A stretch of 64,000 nucleotides of DNA from Diplonema japonicum (taxonomy: Eukaryota > Protista > Euglenozoa: Diplonemea), in NCBI GenBank assembly GCA_964019335.1, contig OZ025649.1, forward strand, positions 806,001 through 870,000. Reading direction: 5' to 3'. Shown here one piece after another: positions 1-12,511 of this stretch. Position 1 is the first letter of the stretch; each line of letters starts with the position of its first letter. The notes beneath the pieces were generated by a model, which searched no databases, was not told the DNA's origin, and saw only the letters and a program-made list of their open reading frames with translations. Both the position numbers and the translations under genes were made by a program.

Positions 1-484
1 ATGGGGGGAAGGGTGTGAGGGTTCAGCCCCGTCCCTCCCCCCCCCAGCATTTTCCGTAATATATATTTCTGTTTTTCTTTATTCTCTCTTTCTCCTTGTT
101 CGGTTCTTTCTCCCCTCTCCTTTCTTTAAGAAGAAAGAAAAAAAGAAGGATAGCACCGCAGCACCTTGTACACGGCATATTCTATTCATTTTCCATGTGG
201 TAAGCACCCCCCTCCCTTTTCTTTCTCTCTTTTATTTATTACACTCCCTCTCATTTTTTTTCTTGAATATTCGCTACTGCAAAAAAGAAAAGAAAAGAAA
301 GAAGAAAAGAATGGAAAAAGAACGACAAAAAAAAAGAAAACAAAAAGGTTAAAAAAGAAAAAAGCGTTTTTTTTCTTCCCCCCCCCCACCCACCCACTCT
401 CTATTCCCAGCACCCTTTTTCTCAATTGTCATATTAAGCAAAAAAAACAAAAAAAAGAAGGGGGAAAAAAAGAAAGAGAATAAA

Positions 485-1468
485 ATGTTCACAACACTTG
501 AAAAGCCGTACAATGTACGGAGCAGGCCCAAAAGGGAGAAGGCGTTGAAGTGGGCGAACCTTGCAGCTGCGGTTGTGTCGTTTCTCTGTTTTGCGATAAC
601 AGCTGCGGACGTGGACCAGCGTGCAGGGCGCAGTGTTGACAATTTTTGGTTCCCAAAGGACTGGGACCTCGACTCCGGCTTGAAGAATATCTTAGTAAAC
701 TGCTCCTACACAGGAACCCTGTCTGTCGAAGGCTGGGATGTCCAGTACACTATGGACGAGGAAGGACGAGGCCCGATGATGGCCCATTCCGCAGCCCTGG
801 TCCGCCGGGCAGTGTGGATCACAGGCATCAGCGTTCTGCTTTCTGCTTTGAACAAGCTTTTTTTTGACCGCAATATTCACGAGTACAGCTTAGGCGATGC
901 TGGGATCCTCTCTGTTAGAAAGGGGTACCTAGTGGTCCTAGATGTGGGGTGTGTTGTCTGGTCCATCATAGCCCTGCAGCAACCGAACGACGAAAGTTCG
1001 TATATCGATGATTATATAAGCAATTGTACCTCTTTTGTGTCTGGTGCCAGCGCACCGGACCATTTGTGGGAAGCTCCGCCTTTTATTTTAATGTTTGTCG
1101 GGCATGGTGCCACCTTGTTCATGCACATGGTCAGCGCCACCATGTTGCTGTGTAACATGTCTGACAACCCGCAGTCCTTGCTACGCAAGCAGAGGCGGGC
1201 GCTCTTGTCCATCATCGCCATGAGGAAGTCCGACTCCTCTGGTATGGTGGCTGAGACGTCTTTCCAGCTCCTCTCTCAGGTCAAGACGATTATCTCGGCG
1301 GAGTACCTTAAGGAGGCACAGCCGGATGCCTTTCCGGAGGCTACTTATGACAACCCGTTGCCGCCGCAGCAGGTGCAGACGCAGCCCCATCTTCAGACAT
1401 TCGAGTATGATCAGTACGAGTCCCCTGGGGGGTACAACACCCCTGTTGACAATGAGGAGAAGAGGTAG
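485..1468 (+). CDS. Hypothetical multi-pass membrane protein (327 aa, ~4 TM segments)
   Basis: Long ATG ORF with coding-like composition between homopolymer spacers; hydrophobic segments (LAAAVVSFLCFAITA, VWITGISVLLSAL, YLVVLDVGCVVWSIIAL, FILMFVGHGATLFMHMVSATMLL). Family not recognised. Confidence 0.75.
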   Translation: MFTTLEKPYNVRSRPKREKALKWANLAAAVVSFLCFAITAADVDQRAGRSVDNFWFPKDWDLDSGLKNILVNCSYTGTLSVEGWDVQYTMDEEGRGPMMAHSAALVRRAVWITGISVLLSALNKLFFDRNIHEYSLGDAGILSVRKGYLVVLDVGCVVWSIIALQQPNDESSYIDDYISNCTSFVSGASAPDHLWEAPPFILMFVGHGATLFMHMVSATMLLCNMSDNPQSLLRKQRRALLSIIAMRKSDSSGMVAETSFQLLSQVKTIISAEYLKEAQPDAFPEATYDNPLPPQQVQTQPHLQTFEYDQYESPGGYNTPVDNEEKR

Positions 1469-2108
1469 TTTTGTAACTTTAAAAAATAGAAAGAAGAAAA
1501 AATAAAATAGAAACGTGTGAATTTATGGGGGGGGGGGGGAGTAGTTTAGAATGACTAGAATAATGAAGAAGAATAAGGGGAAATAAAAAAAAAATACAAG
1601 AATAGAACGGGGAAAAGAGGGAATAGTGAAAAGGTACACCTTTTCACGGGAAGCTTCCCCCCCCACCACTACCATTTCCTACAAGCTTTTTTTCGACCAT
1701 CCGTTGTAGCATGTCCCTGAGGCATTGTGCACGCTGGCTGCCACAGCCCGACATGTGTCACTTAAGGCTTGTAGTTGACAGTAGGTGACCGTGACCCGCT
1801 CACAAGAAAGAAAAGAAGTTCCGAGTTACCGCAATAGAGTTGAGGTAGTAATTCCGCGCACAAACCTTTTGGGTGGAAAGAACGAAGAAACAAAGTTTTG
1901 CTTTGCCGAACTGTGTTTTTTTCAGAATGAAAAGAAAAGAAGGATACGATCGGTTTCTTTGTTTTATGTTTTGTTCCCTCTTTTTTTTGTGTATATTTTT
2001 TTTTTTTTCCAGCAAGTGATCGAGGCGGGGTAGAGGGGGGGAGAAAAGAAAGGAAAAACGGATTCAAAAGGAAAAAGAAAAAAAAAGAAAAAAAAAAAAG
2101 AAGAAGAA

Positions 2109-2463
2109 ATGGGTGCTTTCCATTGCAAGCTTGCGAACGAGTCCCTCAAGGTGTGTGGTGAAGAAGAAGAAACACAATGACCCTGCACAGGCCCCCACGA
2201 CCGAAGACGAGATCGATCAGCTGTTGAACAAGTACATGAGCTCCCGGCAGCCTAAGAACGTAGCCCGAAGGGAGTCAACAGCTCTGGCAAGAAAGGTAAA
2301 AAGGAGGTCACGAGAGTTGGCGAAGAAGGCTGCAGAAGAGTATGTTGGAAGCCCGATAGTACCCGAGGAGAGGCAAGTAGTCAGAGTGAGGCAGTTGGAA
2401 GACGAGGACTGGGTAGAGGTGGTGTGTCTTACCCAGAAGACGAGGTTCGCGGAGTTGAATTAA
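2109..2463 (+). CDS. Small hypothetical protein, 2 exons (2109-2150, 2191-2463), possible N-terminal acylation motif MGAFHCK
   Basis: Removing a 40-nt GT..CAG intron (2151-2190) joins MGAFHCKLANESLK in frame to APTTEDEIDQLLNKY...FAELN*. Confidence 0.65.
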
Positions 2464-4001
2464 AAAAAAAAAAAGAAGAGCAAACAAAAAGAAGATAATA
2501 ATGAAGAACGCATAGACGAAATCATTATGAGTCATCTCGGTCTTTCCGGTGGTGGGCCTGATCGCCTCTCCTGCAGAGCAGTTGGTGGAAAATGAAACAG
2601 TGCCTTCGAAAAATAACTTCATCCCCCCCCCCCCCCCCCCCCCCTTAGACATTACTAATATCTGGCAGGCAGTCAGGTCTGACCGATGCTTTTTTTTTTC
2701 TTTTTGTCTCTTTGCCACCGGTATTGTTTTTTTTTATTCCCCTTTTCTCTTCTTTTATTTAAAGCAGTCCATAGGCGTGAGAGAGCCCGGTTTTATCATT
2801 CTTCTTTTTGTTTTTCAGAAAAAGAAAAAAAAAGAAAAAGAAAAAGAAAATGATTTCATTACCTTATGCAGAATTGTGTGCACCATATAAGAGAAGAGGT
2901 TTACTCATACGAGCACGAAAAGACAAAGGTCATAAAATAAATGTTTTTTATATGTTTAACACGATTTTTTTTTTTTGCGTTGGTTTTAAACCTTTTCTTC
3001 AAAACTCTAGCTTTTCCCCTCACCCCCCCTTCGCAAGTGCATGTGTTTTTTTTCTCCTCCCCCCCCCTTCCTTTATACCGGTAGGTACAAACAATGGCCA
3101 ATTGCTTTTTTTTTTTTAAAGTCCCCCCACCTGTCAGAAAGAAGAAGTATTCCTTCCTTTCCTTTCGCTCTTTGAAGGAAAGGAGGCTCTTCCTTCTTTC
3201 TCGCTGTTCTCTGTTTAGTTTTATTTTCAAAGTTGGGTTTTCTTCAAGGAAAGGTAGCTAGACCTAGGAAAGAAGAAATACAACAAAGATCACAGCCCCA
3301 GGTTTTCCATTTTTTTGTCATTTTCCCGCACGCAGCTTCTCAGTGGGCAGAAATAAAAGTACCAAACAGGCTATAAGGCCGAAAGAAAGCAGAGGAAAAA
3401 CGGAAAAAAAAAAAAGAAAGAGAACATAGATAAGGCATAGTCTAAGGATATGAGAAAGAAGGAAGGGGGAAAGGAAAAAGGGGAGTGAGGGGGGCAGTTC
3501 GCCTCCTTTCCCTCCTCTTCGGTTCCCCTTCCTCAAATGGGTTATCCTTGTTTTCTTTTTAATCTCCTGCTGTATGTCAGAAGACACCCCCTTTCTCTTC
3601 TTTTTTTTTTCTCACTCTCTTTTCTTCTTTCTTGTTATTCCAGAAGAACGAAGAACACATGCAAATAAAGAAAAGATTCTATCACTCTATCCAGATTTCA
3701 TTTTGTTTCATCCCCCCTCTCCCCCTTATACTTATCTATAATTGAAGAAACCTCAACCCTTATCTCTCTCCTTTTTCTTCTTCTTCTTCAATCTTCTTGC
3801 GATGGAGTGGGGGGGGGGGGGGGGGGGTGAGCGAAACACGCTTCCTTCACTATTTTCTCCCTGCCCTCAGGGTGTACTCTCTTTTTTTTTTTTAAAGTCC
3901 TGACACTGTTCGGGAGATGGGGGGGAGAAAAGAAGTAGGAAAGCAATAATTTAAAAAAGAAGAAATAAAACGTTCCAACATAATTATCAATTTCTCTATT
4001 T

Positions 4002-4037
<36 letters not shown>

Positions 4038-4291
4038 TGAGGAGGATAGAAGGGTGACGGTGGTGAGGAGAAAAAGGAAGGAAATGGTTGTAGTTGATGA
4101 CCTGACCCCAGGCCAGAGGAGGCAGGGTATGTCCCTCCTTTCCTTTTTCTTGATGAAACTCGTCCTTGCACTCCCTATCCCTCCCTCACTTTGTGTTTCT
4201 TTATAGAGGGAAGAAAGAAAAGAAAAGGAAAAAGAAAAGGAGTCAAGTGACGACAGTGGGCGATAGGCCTGACACTCGACACTTTATTTTT

Positions 4292-4339
<48 letters not shown>

Positions 4340-4990
4340 GTCACAGGGAGCTTCTTCTTTTTGACCTTCGTCTTCTTTTTTTCTTCTTCTCGTTCTGCTC
4401 CTTTTCTGTGGCCTTTACAAGCAGCTATGGAGAAGGGCAGGTCGACTTCTTTTTTAAGAAAGAACTGTAACCCTTTTTTTCTTTACTAAGCATCACTTCC
4501 ATCCTTGCCTTCTTCTCTAACCTTTAGTTAACCCCCTCCTTTTTTTTCTCTCTCTCTCCATCCCCAAAGGAGGAGAGGAAAAGAAGAAAAGAGGAAACAC
4601 CATTTTACCCTATTCTTGTCACCCATTTATTTATCCTTGTTGGCTTCCATTTTTTAAGGGTAAAAACCTACGTTCGCAGAGTCGGCTTGCATCATGAACT
4701 TCTGTGGAGCTCCTGTTATAGGTTTCTTTTTGTTTTTTTTTCTCTTCCCCCTTTTTTTTTTTGTACTTGTTCCTCCTTTCCAGAAGCCTTTTCCTCGGTA
4801 GGTTCGTCTGGTTGAATTTTTTACCGACGGTACTGGTAGGGGTGTGGGCTTGCAGCAGGGAAGAGGAGAAGAGAAAAGAAAAAGGAGAAGCAGAAAAAGA
4901 AAACAAGAAAGAAAAGAAAGAGGAATAACAGGAAATAAATGGTGTTCCCCCCCCCCCTCCCCCTAACATCTTTTTTTTCTTTCTTATTTC

Positions 4991-5170
4991 CAAAACTGCA
5001 CAAACACAGAATCTTGGCTACACACGCGGCACACTTTATCCCTTCTAGAGCAGCACTGCATTGCCTCACGCATTAAGGACAGGTTGCGGAAATCAACTAA
5101 GCTGGGGTGCGTCCCCTGTAGCCAGGTATGATGGTTGTGTGCTTGGGCATTCCGAAGCTGGCCTCCTTTG
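4991..5170 (+). repeat. Diverged copy of dispersed repeat R
   Basis: Shares AAACTGCAC..CAGAATCTTGG.TAC, CACGCATTAAGGACA and CCCCTGTA..CA.GTA blocks in the same order as the R copies at 36.5, 40.3, 41.0 and 55.4 kb; ends in a T-run. Confidence 0.6.
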
Positions 5171-5954
5171 TTTTTTTTTCTTCTTCCACATTTCTTGTTC
5201 TCCCTAGCTATTTAAAAAGAAGAGAGAAAAAAAAAGATAAGACGAGGCTTAAACTACTTTTTTTTTTTTTTTTTTTTTTTTTCTTTTGCAAAATAAAGCG
5301 ATGATGGGGAACCACCGTTGCTTTGTTTCACCCACATGACACCACAGAACCTTCTTTTCTGGGATGTAATCCCACTGGAGGTCAAAGAGGTGAAACCATT
5401 AAGTAAAGTATTACATGCCTTTTCTTTTCCCTGTTATTTCTTCTTTTTTTTTATTTCTTCCCGCTTTCATGATGTCTCCACTTCCCTTCAATATACTTGT
5501 GTTCTTTTCTCTCTCTCTCTCATTTTCTGTCTATTTCTAGGAAGGATCCTTTCCCCCCCCCCCTTTTTCTTCTTTTTTTTGAAGTCTTTTCAAGTTCCCC
5601 AACCCCCCACACTACACCTCTCTCCACGAGTGGTGTGGGGCTTTCTTTTTTAGGGAGAAGATGAAACGAATAACAAAAGTTTAAAAAGAAGAAAAAGAAG
5701 AAAAAGAAAGGATCACAAAAAAGGAAAGTAAGGCAAGTGCTGTACTTCTCTTTTTCTTTTCCAAACAATGTCCAGATTAAAAATGAGAAAGAAAAGATGT
5801 AAGCAAAAGAAAAGGGCACACACCCAGCCGAAAGGATAAGGGAAGTAGGAGCGGGCCAGGGGCCTTTGGGTTCTAGCGTCTCAAGATTCATGAGCATTGT
5901 TACATTTTATTCATTCTTCCTTCACGTTGTCACATTTACCAATCACCACAGAGG

Positions 5955-8115
5955 ATGAGCTTAAGCAAGGAGGAGGTGATCGCGCTTCCACGCAGCTCGC
6001 CTGTGTTCAGGACGGAGAGACAGAACCGCGAGGACATGTCGCTAGAGGAGAGGCGTGCGAGGCTGGTGCTGAGGGAGAACAAGGACCTGGACAGGAGCAG
6101 GAAGCGGCAGCGTGAGTTAGATGCGACCATCGAAGCAGCGAAGCAGGGGATGTACTCTCCACCCCCTCCAGAGACCATGAGGAGCCCCAGGACAAAGAGT
6201 CCTGGTGTGAGCAGCCCTACCCACGGACGGATGTCAAGCCCTCCTGTCTTGCACGGCAGGATGCCAAGCCCCTCTGCTTCACACGCCCGGATGGCAAGCC
6301 CCCCAGCCAACAGGCGGTCCAGCGAGAGCAGGTCCCCTGCTGGAACTTACAGGATGTCGCCGCCCTCACCATCCCCTACAACGCGCCACCCTCACCTAGG
6401 CATCTCAGCACCCGTGTCCCACTCCAGCGCCACCTCCGAGGCCGATGACCTCAAGGCAAGGATCCAGCATCTGCGCAAGTCCCTTGACCAGTCTGCCCGT
6501 GTGTCGCCTTCCCCTGACTTCCCCCCTACGAACTCTACGTCCCCCGACCGCGCCCGTCAGCACGCCATCGAGTACCAGACGGAGCGTGCACGGAAGCTCG
6601 CACAGCAGGAGGTAAGCAGGGAGGCTGACGGTCTGCGGGCGCAGATAACAACTATCACATACCACTCGTCGCAGCTGGAGAAGGAGAGGAACAGTTTGAA
6701 GGAAGAGAAGACGGCACTGCAGTCAAAGGTGGAAATGTTGGACAGGCAGCTGAAGGACGAGAGGCTGAGTAATACGGCGGCAGAGGCATCGATGAAGGCG
6801 TCGCTAGAGGCGCAGAAGAAGGAGATGGAGAGGCTGGGGGGGTCACAGGAGAGGGTCAGGGAGCAGGCGGGTGAGGCAGACAGGCTGAGGGAGGAACTGG
6901 CAGATGCAAGGTTGCAATTCGCGAACGAGAAGCAGCAGGTTGCAATGGACGCACAGTCGCTTGTGAATGCTGCCACGCAAGAACGTTGCAAGATGGAGAT
7001 GCTCCTTTCTGATCTGGAGGAGCAGAACGGGTACCTCAGCACCGAGGGCACCACCCTGCGTGCCACCATAGCAAGTCTTGAAGAGGAGCTTGCTTTCTAC
7101 AGAGCACAGTCCGACGAGTGGGCCAGAGAGAACGCAGTTATGAAGCAGGCGCTGGCTGCGAGACCAAAGAGTTCGGAGACCTCCTCTTGTGCTGCCCCGA
7201 CACCTCCTAAGCCCGTGTCAGTGACCCCCGCTCCTGTGACGCCTCCTGTGCGGTCCACGCCTGTCCCCGTGGCCCCTCCTGTGCAGCCTGAGATCCCTCG
7301 CGCAGCTGAGCCTGAGCAGCCTGAGCCTGAGTCGTCAGGGGTTGCTGCAGTGGCTGACAAGGGGGCTCTCGAGGTACCCGAAACGAAGAAGGCGAGCTTC
7401 CTGCAAGACGCGTGGTCCCTCATCGCCCACACTGTGATCGGCACTCTTCTGGTATGATGCCCACCTCCCTTCATGCACACAGCTCATGTTGACCATGTTT
7501 GTGGCGCTGGCTCTGATAGAGCTGCTGACAGAGGCACCGATGGTGTCCATGCACATCCCCCTTGCGAAGGTATGTTGAGTTGCTGACACGCATGCCTATG
7601 CAGGAGTACTGTGGAATTGTACAGGAACTGTGGCAGACGAGGAGATGGCCGGCAACGGTGGAATTGATGTTGGCGTGCTACGTGGTACTGCGGTGCATAG
7701 GGTGTGCACCAGGGAGGGTGGTCACAAGCGTTGCGGCCGGGTTTGTCCTGCTAGTGGGGACGTTTGGGTTCGCACTGCTGGTGCTGGACTGGTGCTGCGA
7801 CACTGAGACGCTGCAGCACATCATTGAAGGAACTCAGGTATACATTCAGCCACACCCCACACCCCATCCCACACCCAGACGCTCGTCGACAGCCTTCCTG
7901 AGGAGTTCTATGCTTACACCGACCACCGCCAAGAGCTTGCCGTGCAGTTCAAGGAGCTCTGCATTTCATGCTATGAGACCTGCTGCGAGAGGGCTGCTGA
8001 GTTTTACACTACTTGCGTAGAGCTGCTTACTTATCTCTTTGAACAGGCACAGGAATACATCGCGCAGATGAGGGCCGAGCAGCCTGCCGCAGATGGAATA
8101 GATGAGAAGGCGTAA
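5955..8115 (+). CDS. Ser/Pro-rich, coiled-coil protein with C-terminal membrane domain; 4 exons (5955-7451, 7483-7569, 7604-7837, 7879-8115)
   Basis: The 500-aa ORF continues in frame through three phase-0 GTAT..CAG introns of 31, 34 and 41 nt to TAA at 8113-8115; E/K/R/L heptad region and hydrophobic C-terminal exons. Confidence 0.75.
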
Positions 8116-8783
8116 AGAGGAGAAGGAAGAAGAAGAAACGAGATATTGTACTTTTTTTTGTCCCCATCGGTCTCTTTTATCCCCCTCCTCCCCTTTTACC
8201 TTTAAGAAAAGGGGTTTCACCATCTCTCCCCCCCCCCCCCCCCCCCATTCGTAAAGGTTTAAGGAAAAAGAGTATTTTGTTGTTGTTAGCAGTTTTTTTT
8301 TGTTTTTTTAAAGATTTTTTTTCTCTCCACTTAAAGATTTAGTTTTTCTTTTTCTATTCTTTTTTCTTTCTGATGTTGTATGAAGAAATGGAGACCCTCC
8401 CTGCCAGTTGTACCCTTTAAAAAAAAAAGTGTTTAGTTTCCACCTCCCCTCTTGCCGTGCAGGGCAATGGTAAAGGGTAGGATGCATGCTCAGAAGAGAG
8501 TATGAGTGATATTAGAATTCACTTCTTATGCTACCCCTTGCTCTTTTTGCCCTGTGTTACCTGGGACCGAAGTGAGACATTTCCCCCGCCTCCTTATGCT
8601 TTTTGTTTTTTTACCCCCTTTTTTTTCCCCTGTCCCCACCTTTTTCTTCTTCTTTTTCTTTATATCCTGTTGTACCCCCTTTTTATATTTTTTTTTCTTT
8701 TTCTCTTCCCCCCTCCCGCACGTTATTCTAAAAGAAGGTGAAAAGAACGCAACGTAAAAGAAAAAGGGCATAAAAGCAACACA

Positions 8784-9485
8784 ATGAACACAGACCCCGA
8801 GTTTTACGATAAGAGCATATTAGAATGGCAAACATACGAGGATTACTTGGATAAGTATGTGCAGCCTGAGGATTTATTTTATCTAGAGGACCCTGACAAT
8901 GCGCGGCAGATAGTGGAGCTGGGGTATAAGGGGAAGGATTTTATGAACAGGGAGGAGTTCGAGGTGGCTAGGCGTGCCGCGCTGGAGGGGCCGTTGAAAC
9001 GAAAGAAAAGCTTAGACGCCGTCTGCAGCAGCGGGAAGGACCTCTCGAAGAGTCCCTTCCTGTACGCACTAGCGCAGAGGGAGGAACTAGTCCGTAATGG
9101 AAAACTCTCCACTATTATCTTCATCCGCGACGTGATAGACCGTAAGGGCCACGAGGTGTCCGGGTACATCGACTACGGGCACCGCCTCAAGGCGGAGGAC
9201 TTTGAGGAGTATTTCTCCCGTTCCAAAAAACTGCTCCCGAAGCCCTCGGACCTTTCCTACTACAACTGGAAGACGCAGACCCTGTCATATAACAACAGCA
9301 GCACCTTTCAGGTCATCGCCGATAATGAGATGGGCCTACTCTTCAAGCACAAGCGGGACAGAAAGACCATCAACGTCGACCCCAAAGGCGTATCCCCTGG
9401 TGACAACTCGCACAGAGTTGTCCTTCGAACAGACGAGTACACACAGGTCGTTATTTACGACCACGTCACAAGGAGGAAGAATTAA
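8784..9485 (+). CDS. CFAP299: Cilia- and flagella-associated protein 299 (DUF4464/C4orf22 family)
   Basis: 233 aa with family motifs TYEDYLD, DLFYLED, RQIVELGY, LAQREE, IIFIRD, EVSGYIDY, DLSYYNW, GLLFKHKRDRKTINVDP, VVIYDH. Confidence 0.9.
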   Translation: MNTDPEFYDKSILEWQTYEDYLDKYVQPEDLFYLEDPDNARQIVELGYKGKDFMNREEFEVARRAALEGPLKRKKSLDAVCSSGKDLSKSPFLYALAQREELVRNGKLSTIIFIRDVIDRKGHEVSGYIDYGHRLKAEDFEEYFSRSKKLLPKPSDLSYYNWKTQTLSYNNSSTFQVIADNEMGLLFKHKRDRKTINVDPKGVSPGDNSHRVVLRTDEYTQVVIYDHVTRRKN

Positions 9486-9623
9486 AAAGGGGGTGTTTTT
9501 TTTTTTTTTTTTTGGTGTAAATATACTTCTTTTCTTCTTTTTCTTTTTTTTCTTTTTGTTTCAAGGTCGAAAAAAAAGAAAAAAAAGAAAAAGGAAACCC
9601 CCTCCTTGTCCTCCCAGGTGACG

Positions 9624-10240
9624 ATGCACACGCTATGGCAGCGAGCGAATACAATGTCGACTGTCATGCTCAGCGTGACGGCAGTGATCACTTCTGTGTT
9701 AGCCCTCTCGACAGGGTACTATGAGTTATGGACAGGTCTTCCAGAGCCTATTATCGACTTGGAAGTAGGTGGCATCCGCCCCCTTGGTTACATCCCTAAG
9801 GAGAAGGGTGAGACAGCCGTCGTGGGCGTGAAGCTCGATGCAGACATGACAGGCCTCTGGCACTGGAACGTGAAGCAGCTCTTCATCTATGTTGTTGCCG
9901 AGTCCCGCTCACCAGGCCGCATCCATGAGGTGGTACTCTATGATTACATAATGCGAGAACCTGAGGTGCTCAGAGTAGGCTTCTCTAAAAGGCAGGGTGC
10001 CTATGACTACCATTTAGTGGGGAAGGAAATAGAGTATGTTTTTTTGTTTCATTACAACTATACATTCACAAAAAGAGGGCACAACTTCACACTGAAGGTG
10101 AAGTGGAACGTGATGCCTCATTCTGGAGTGCTGTACTACCAGGAGCAAGGTATGCCCGGGGGGGGGGATTTTTTTTTTCTCTTTAAAACTTTACTCTTAC
10201 AGCTGGGGAGAAGCAATTCAGCATACCCAAACGGTATTGA
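9624..10240 (+). CDS. SPCS3: Signal peptidase complex subunit 3 (SPC22/23); exons 9624-10033, 10076-10149, 10203-10240
   Basis: MHTLWQRAN start, N-terminal TM, motifs LDADMTGLWHWNVKQLFIYVVAE, EVVLYDYI, WNVMPHSG; two GTATG..AG introns (42 and 53 nt) give the C-terminus AGEKQFSIPKRY*; CAG acceptor just upstream of the ATG. Confidence 0.85.
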
Positions 10241-10612
10241 AAGAAAATAGGGTAAAAAGACGGAAAAGGAAAAGAAGAAGAAAAAAATAAACGAGACAGT
10301 TTCTTTTTCTCTTGCTTTTTTTTTTATAGTGTGGTCTGTCTGTGTTGCTTTCTTCGCCCCCTCTTTTTTTTATTTTACCTCCGAAGATGTGTTTTTTTTG
10401 AGAACAACAGGGGGGGGGGGGGGGGGAGGAAAGAGAAAAAGACGAAGAAAAATAAAGGTTTCCCCCCCCCTTTTTTTTTCTAAAAAGATGCATGGTTTTA
10501 TTTTTTGTTGTATTGTTCCTCCACTCACATTTTTTTTCCGTTCAGAAAGAAAAGAAAAAAAAAACAAAAAAAAGAAAGAAGAAAACACCATCAAAATAAA
10601 AGAAGAGCAAAC

Positions 10613-11533
10613 ATGCCAGGTCTTATACAAGGCAGCTGCTTGGCAGAGGGCGGCTTTGGGAAGGTTTACGAGGGGGTATATGATGAGAAGACACAGGTCG
10701 TGATAAAGAGAGGAAGACAGGTTGCCGAAGAAAAGGCAATACTTCAAAGCTTAATAGGAGCCACCGGGGTCATTCAGATGATAACGGACACGGGTGTCGA
10801 GGAGGGCGCCCTTGTTCTTGAAAGAATGGACACAGACCTCGGCAGCGTGATGAAGGAGAAACGGTTGAAAGAATGTGAAGTTCAGTGGATCGCAAAGGAA
10901 GTAACAACAGCACTTTCCGAGCTTGAGGAGCGTGGTATCTGCCATGGCGATATCAAGCCTTCCAATCTTCTTCTACAGTACAACTGTTCACCCCGCAGGA
11001 CTCTCGTGAGGATAGCAGATTTCGGATCGGCACAGATAGGGGGAAAGATCCCCAACACCATTTCACAGGGCTACCGCGCACCTGAGGCCATTATAGGAGT
11101 GAAGGAAAATGAGAATTGTTGGGAAGTAGACATGTGGTGCCTGGGTGTGACTCTTTATGAAGGCGTCTCTGGGTCCAACCCTTTCGATTGTGGTGCCATC
11201 ACAGCACTTTGGAAGATGTGTGAGATCGGTCGGCCTCCTTTCCCCAGGACTCTCTGTGGTATCGATGCCGAGTATTCTGAGACCTTTCACAACCTCTCCT
11301 TGCAGCGGGTAGATGCAGATGCGCTTATACTCGATTCTCCTCTCATTACGCAGCTTTTGTCGCTTACTGCTGCTGAGAGGCCGTCGCCTTCATCCTTGCT
11401 CACCTCACCGCTTCTTCAGGATGTCAAGCCCGTCACCATTCTTCAGGATATGACCCCACCTAGGCAACGGGGATCACTCCCCATTCAGGTGTCCCCACCG
11501 CCTGTCCTTCCTGACTACGGCCGGAGGATGTAG
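10613..11533 (+). CDS. Serine/threonine protein kinase
   Basis: AEGGFGKV loop, VVIK, HGDIKPSN, IADFG, YRAPE, VDMWCLG; first ATG after the A-rich leader is at 10613. Confidence 0.88.
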   Translation: MPGLIQGSCLAEGGFGKVYEGVYDEKTQVVIKRGRQVAEEKAILQSLIGATGVIQMITDTGVEEGALVLERMDTDLGSVMKEKRLKECEVQWIAKEVTTALSELEERGICHGDIKPSNLLLQYNCSPRRTLVRIADFGSAQIGGKIPNTISQGYRAPEAIIGVKENENCWEVDMWCLGVTLYEGVSGSNPFDCGAITALWKMCEIGRPPFPRTLCGIDAEYSETFHNLSLQRVDADALILDSPLITQLLSLTAAERPSPSSLLTSPLLQDVKPVTILQDMTPPRQRGSLPIQVSPPPVLPDYGRRM

Positions 11534-11600
11534 GAACATGGAACAGGGTATATGTACAGATAGATAGATTATTGCTTTTTTTTTTTTTTTATATATTTAT

Positions 11601-11970
11601 CATAGTATCCAGGGTTAACCGATCACCTTCGGGTTTTAAAACGGAGGTCTGGGAGACGAATACAAGGGTTATAAGTATGGTTGCACGCTCTCCTCCCGTT
11701 CTAATTATTGATTTTTGATTTCGCTCCTATTTAAACAGAAAAAAGAAGAAAAACCGCCAGAAAAAGGGAAAACCCAGCTTTTCAGGAAAATAATCCTTTT
11801 CTAAGTCGTTTTGATGCTCCCTGGGGTCGGCTTTGTGTATCTGGGGGGCCCGGGATACGAATAGAAGGGTTTTAAGCATGGTTGCATGCTCTCTCCTTTC
11901 ATTTGACGTCAGTTTAAAACCCGATTGTAATTAGAAACCCGCGGGTGATCGGTTAACCCTGGATACTATG
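11601..11970. mobile_element. MITE / non-autonomous DNA transposon (370 bp)
   Basis: Perfect 27-bp terminal inverted repeats CATAGTATCCAGGGTTAACCGATCACC, imperfectly extending to ~40 bp; TAT on both flanks (candidate 3-bp TSD); internal ~45-bp imperfect direct repeat; no ORF. Confidence 0.85.
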
Positions 11971-12511
11971 TATTTAGATTTTGAGAATAGGTCAGGGAAG
12001 AGGGGGGAAAGAAAAATTACAAAGGGATAGGTCAGGGAAGAGGGAGACGAGGGGGGAAAGAAAAGGGAGGCGCCGCAGGAAACGAAAGAAAGCCCGCGTT
12101 TTTTTTCATTGTTCAGAGAAAGAAAAAAGAATTAAAAAAAAAAGAGTCTCAGAAAGCGAGATGACAGAGGTACCCTCTGTTCCCCAGCCCCCCTTTTTTT
12201 TTCCCCCTTATTCTCCCTTCCCTTCCATCCCCTTCCCTTTTCTCTCTAATTCTTTTTTTAAATCTTTTGTTGTTTGTGCCGCAGTTTCTTTCTTTTTTGT
12301 AAACAGCCAAAAACAGAAACATCATTTGCTCTTTGTTTTCATAGCTGTTGCACTTCTAGCATGCAACTCGTTGAAAAGGATTACCCCCTTTTTTTTCTTC
12401 CTTCCTCTTCCTTCTCTTTTCTTCCACCTCTCATCTTTCATTGCTTGCTCCACCAAGCATACCATATCCTCTACCCCCGGCACCCATGCAGTGTTATAAC
12501 TCGACAAAAAA

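Noticed and set aside
1-5950. Many F/K/L-rich ORFs on both strands here and in other spacers
   Set aside because: They are translations of poly-T/A/C/G runs, not genes.
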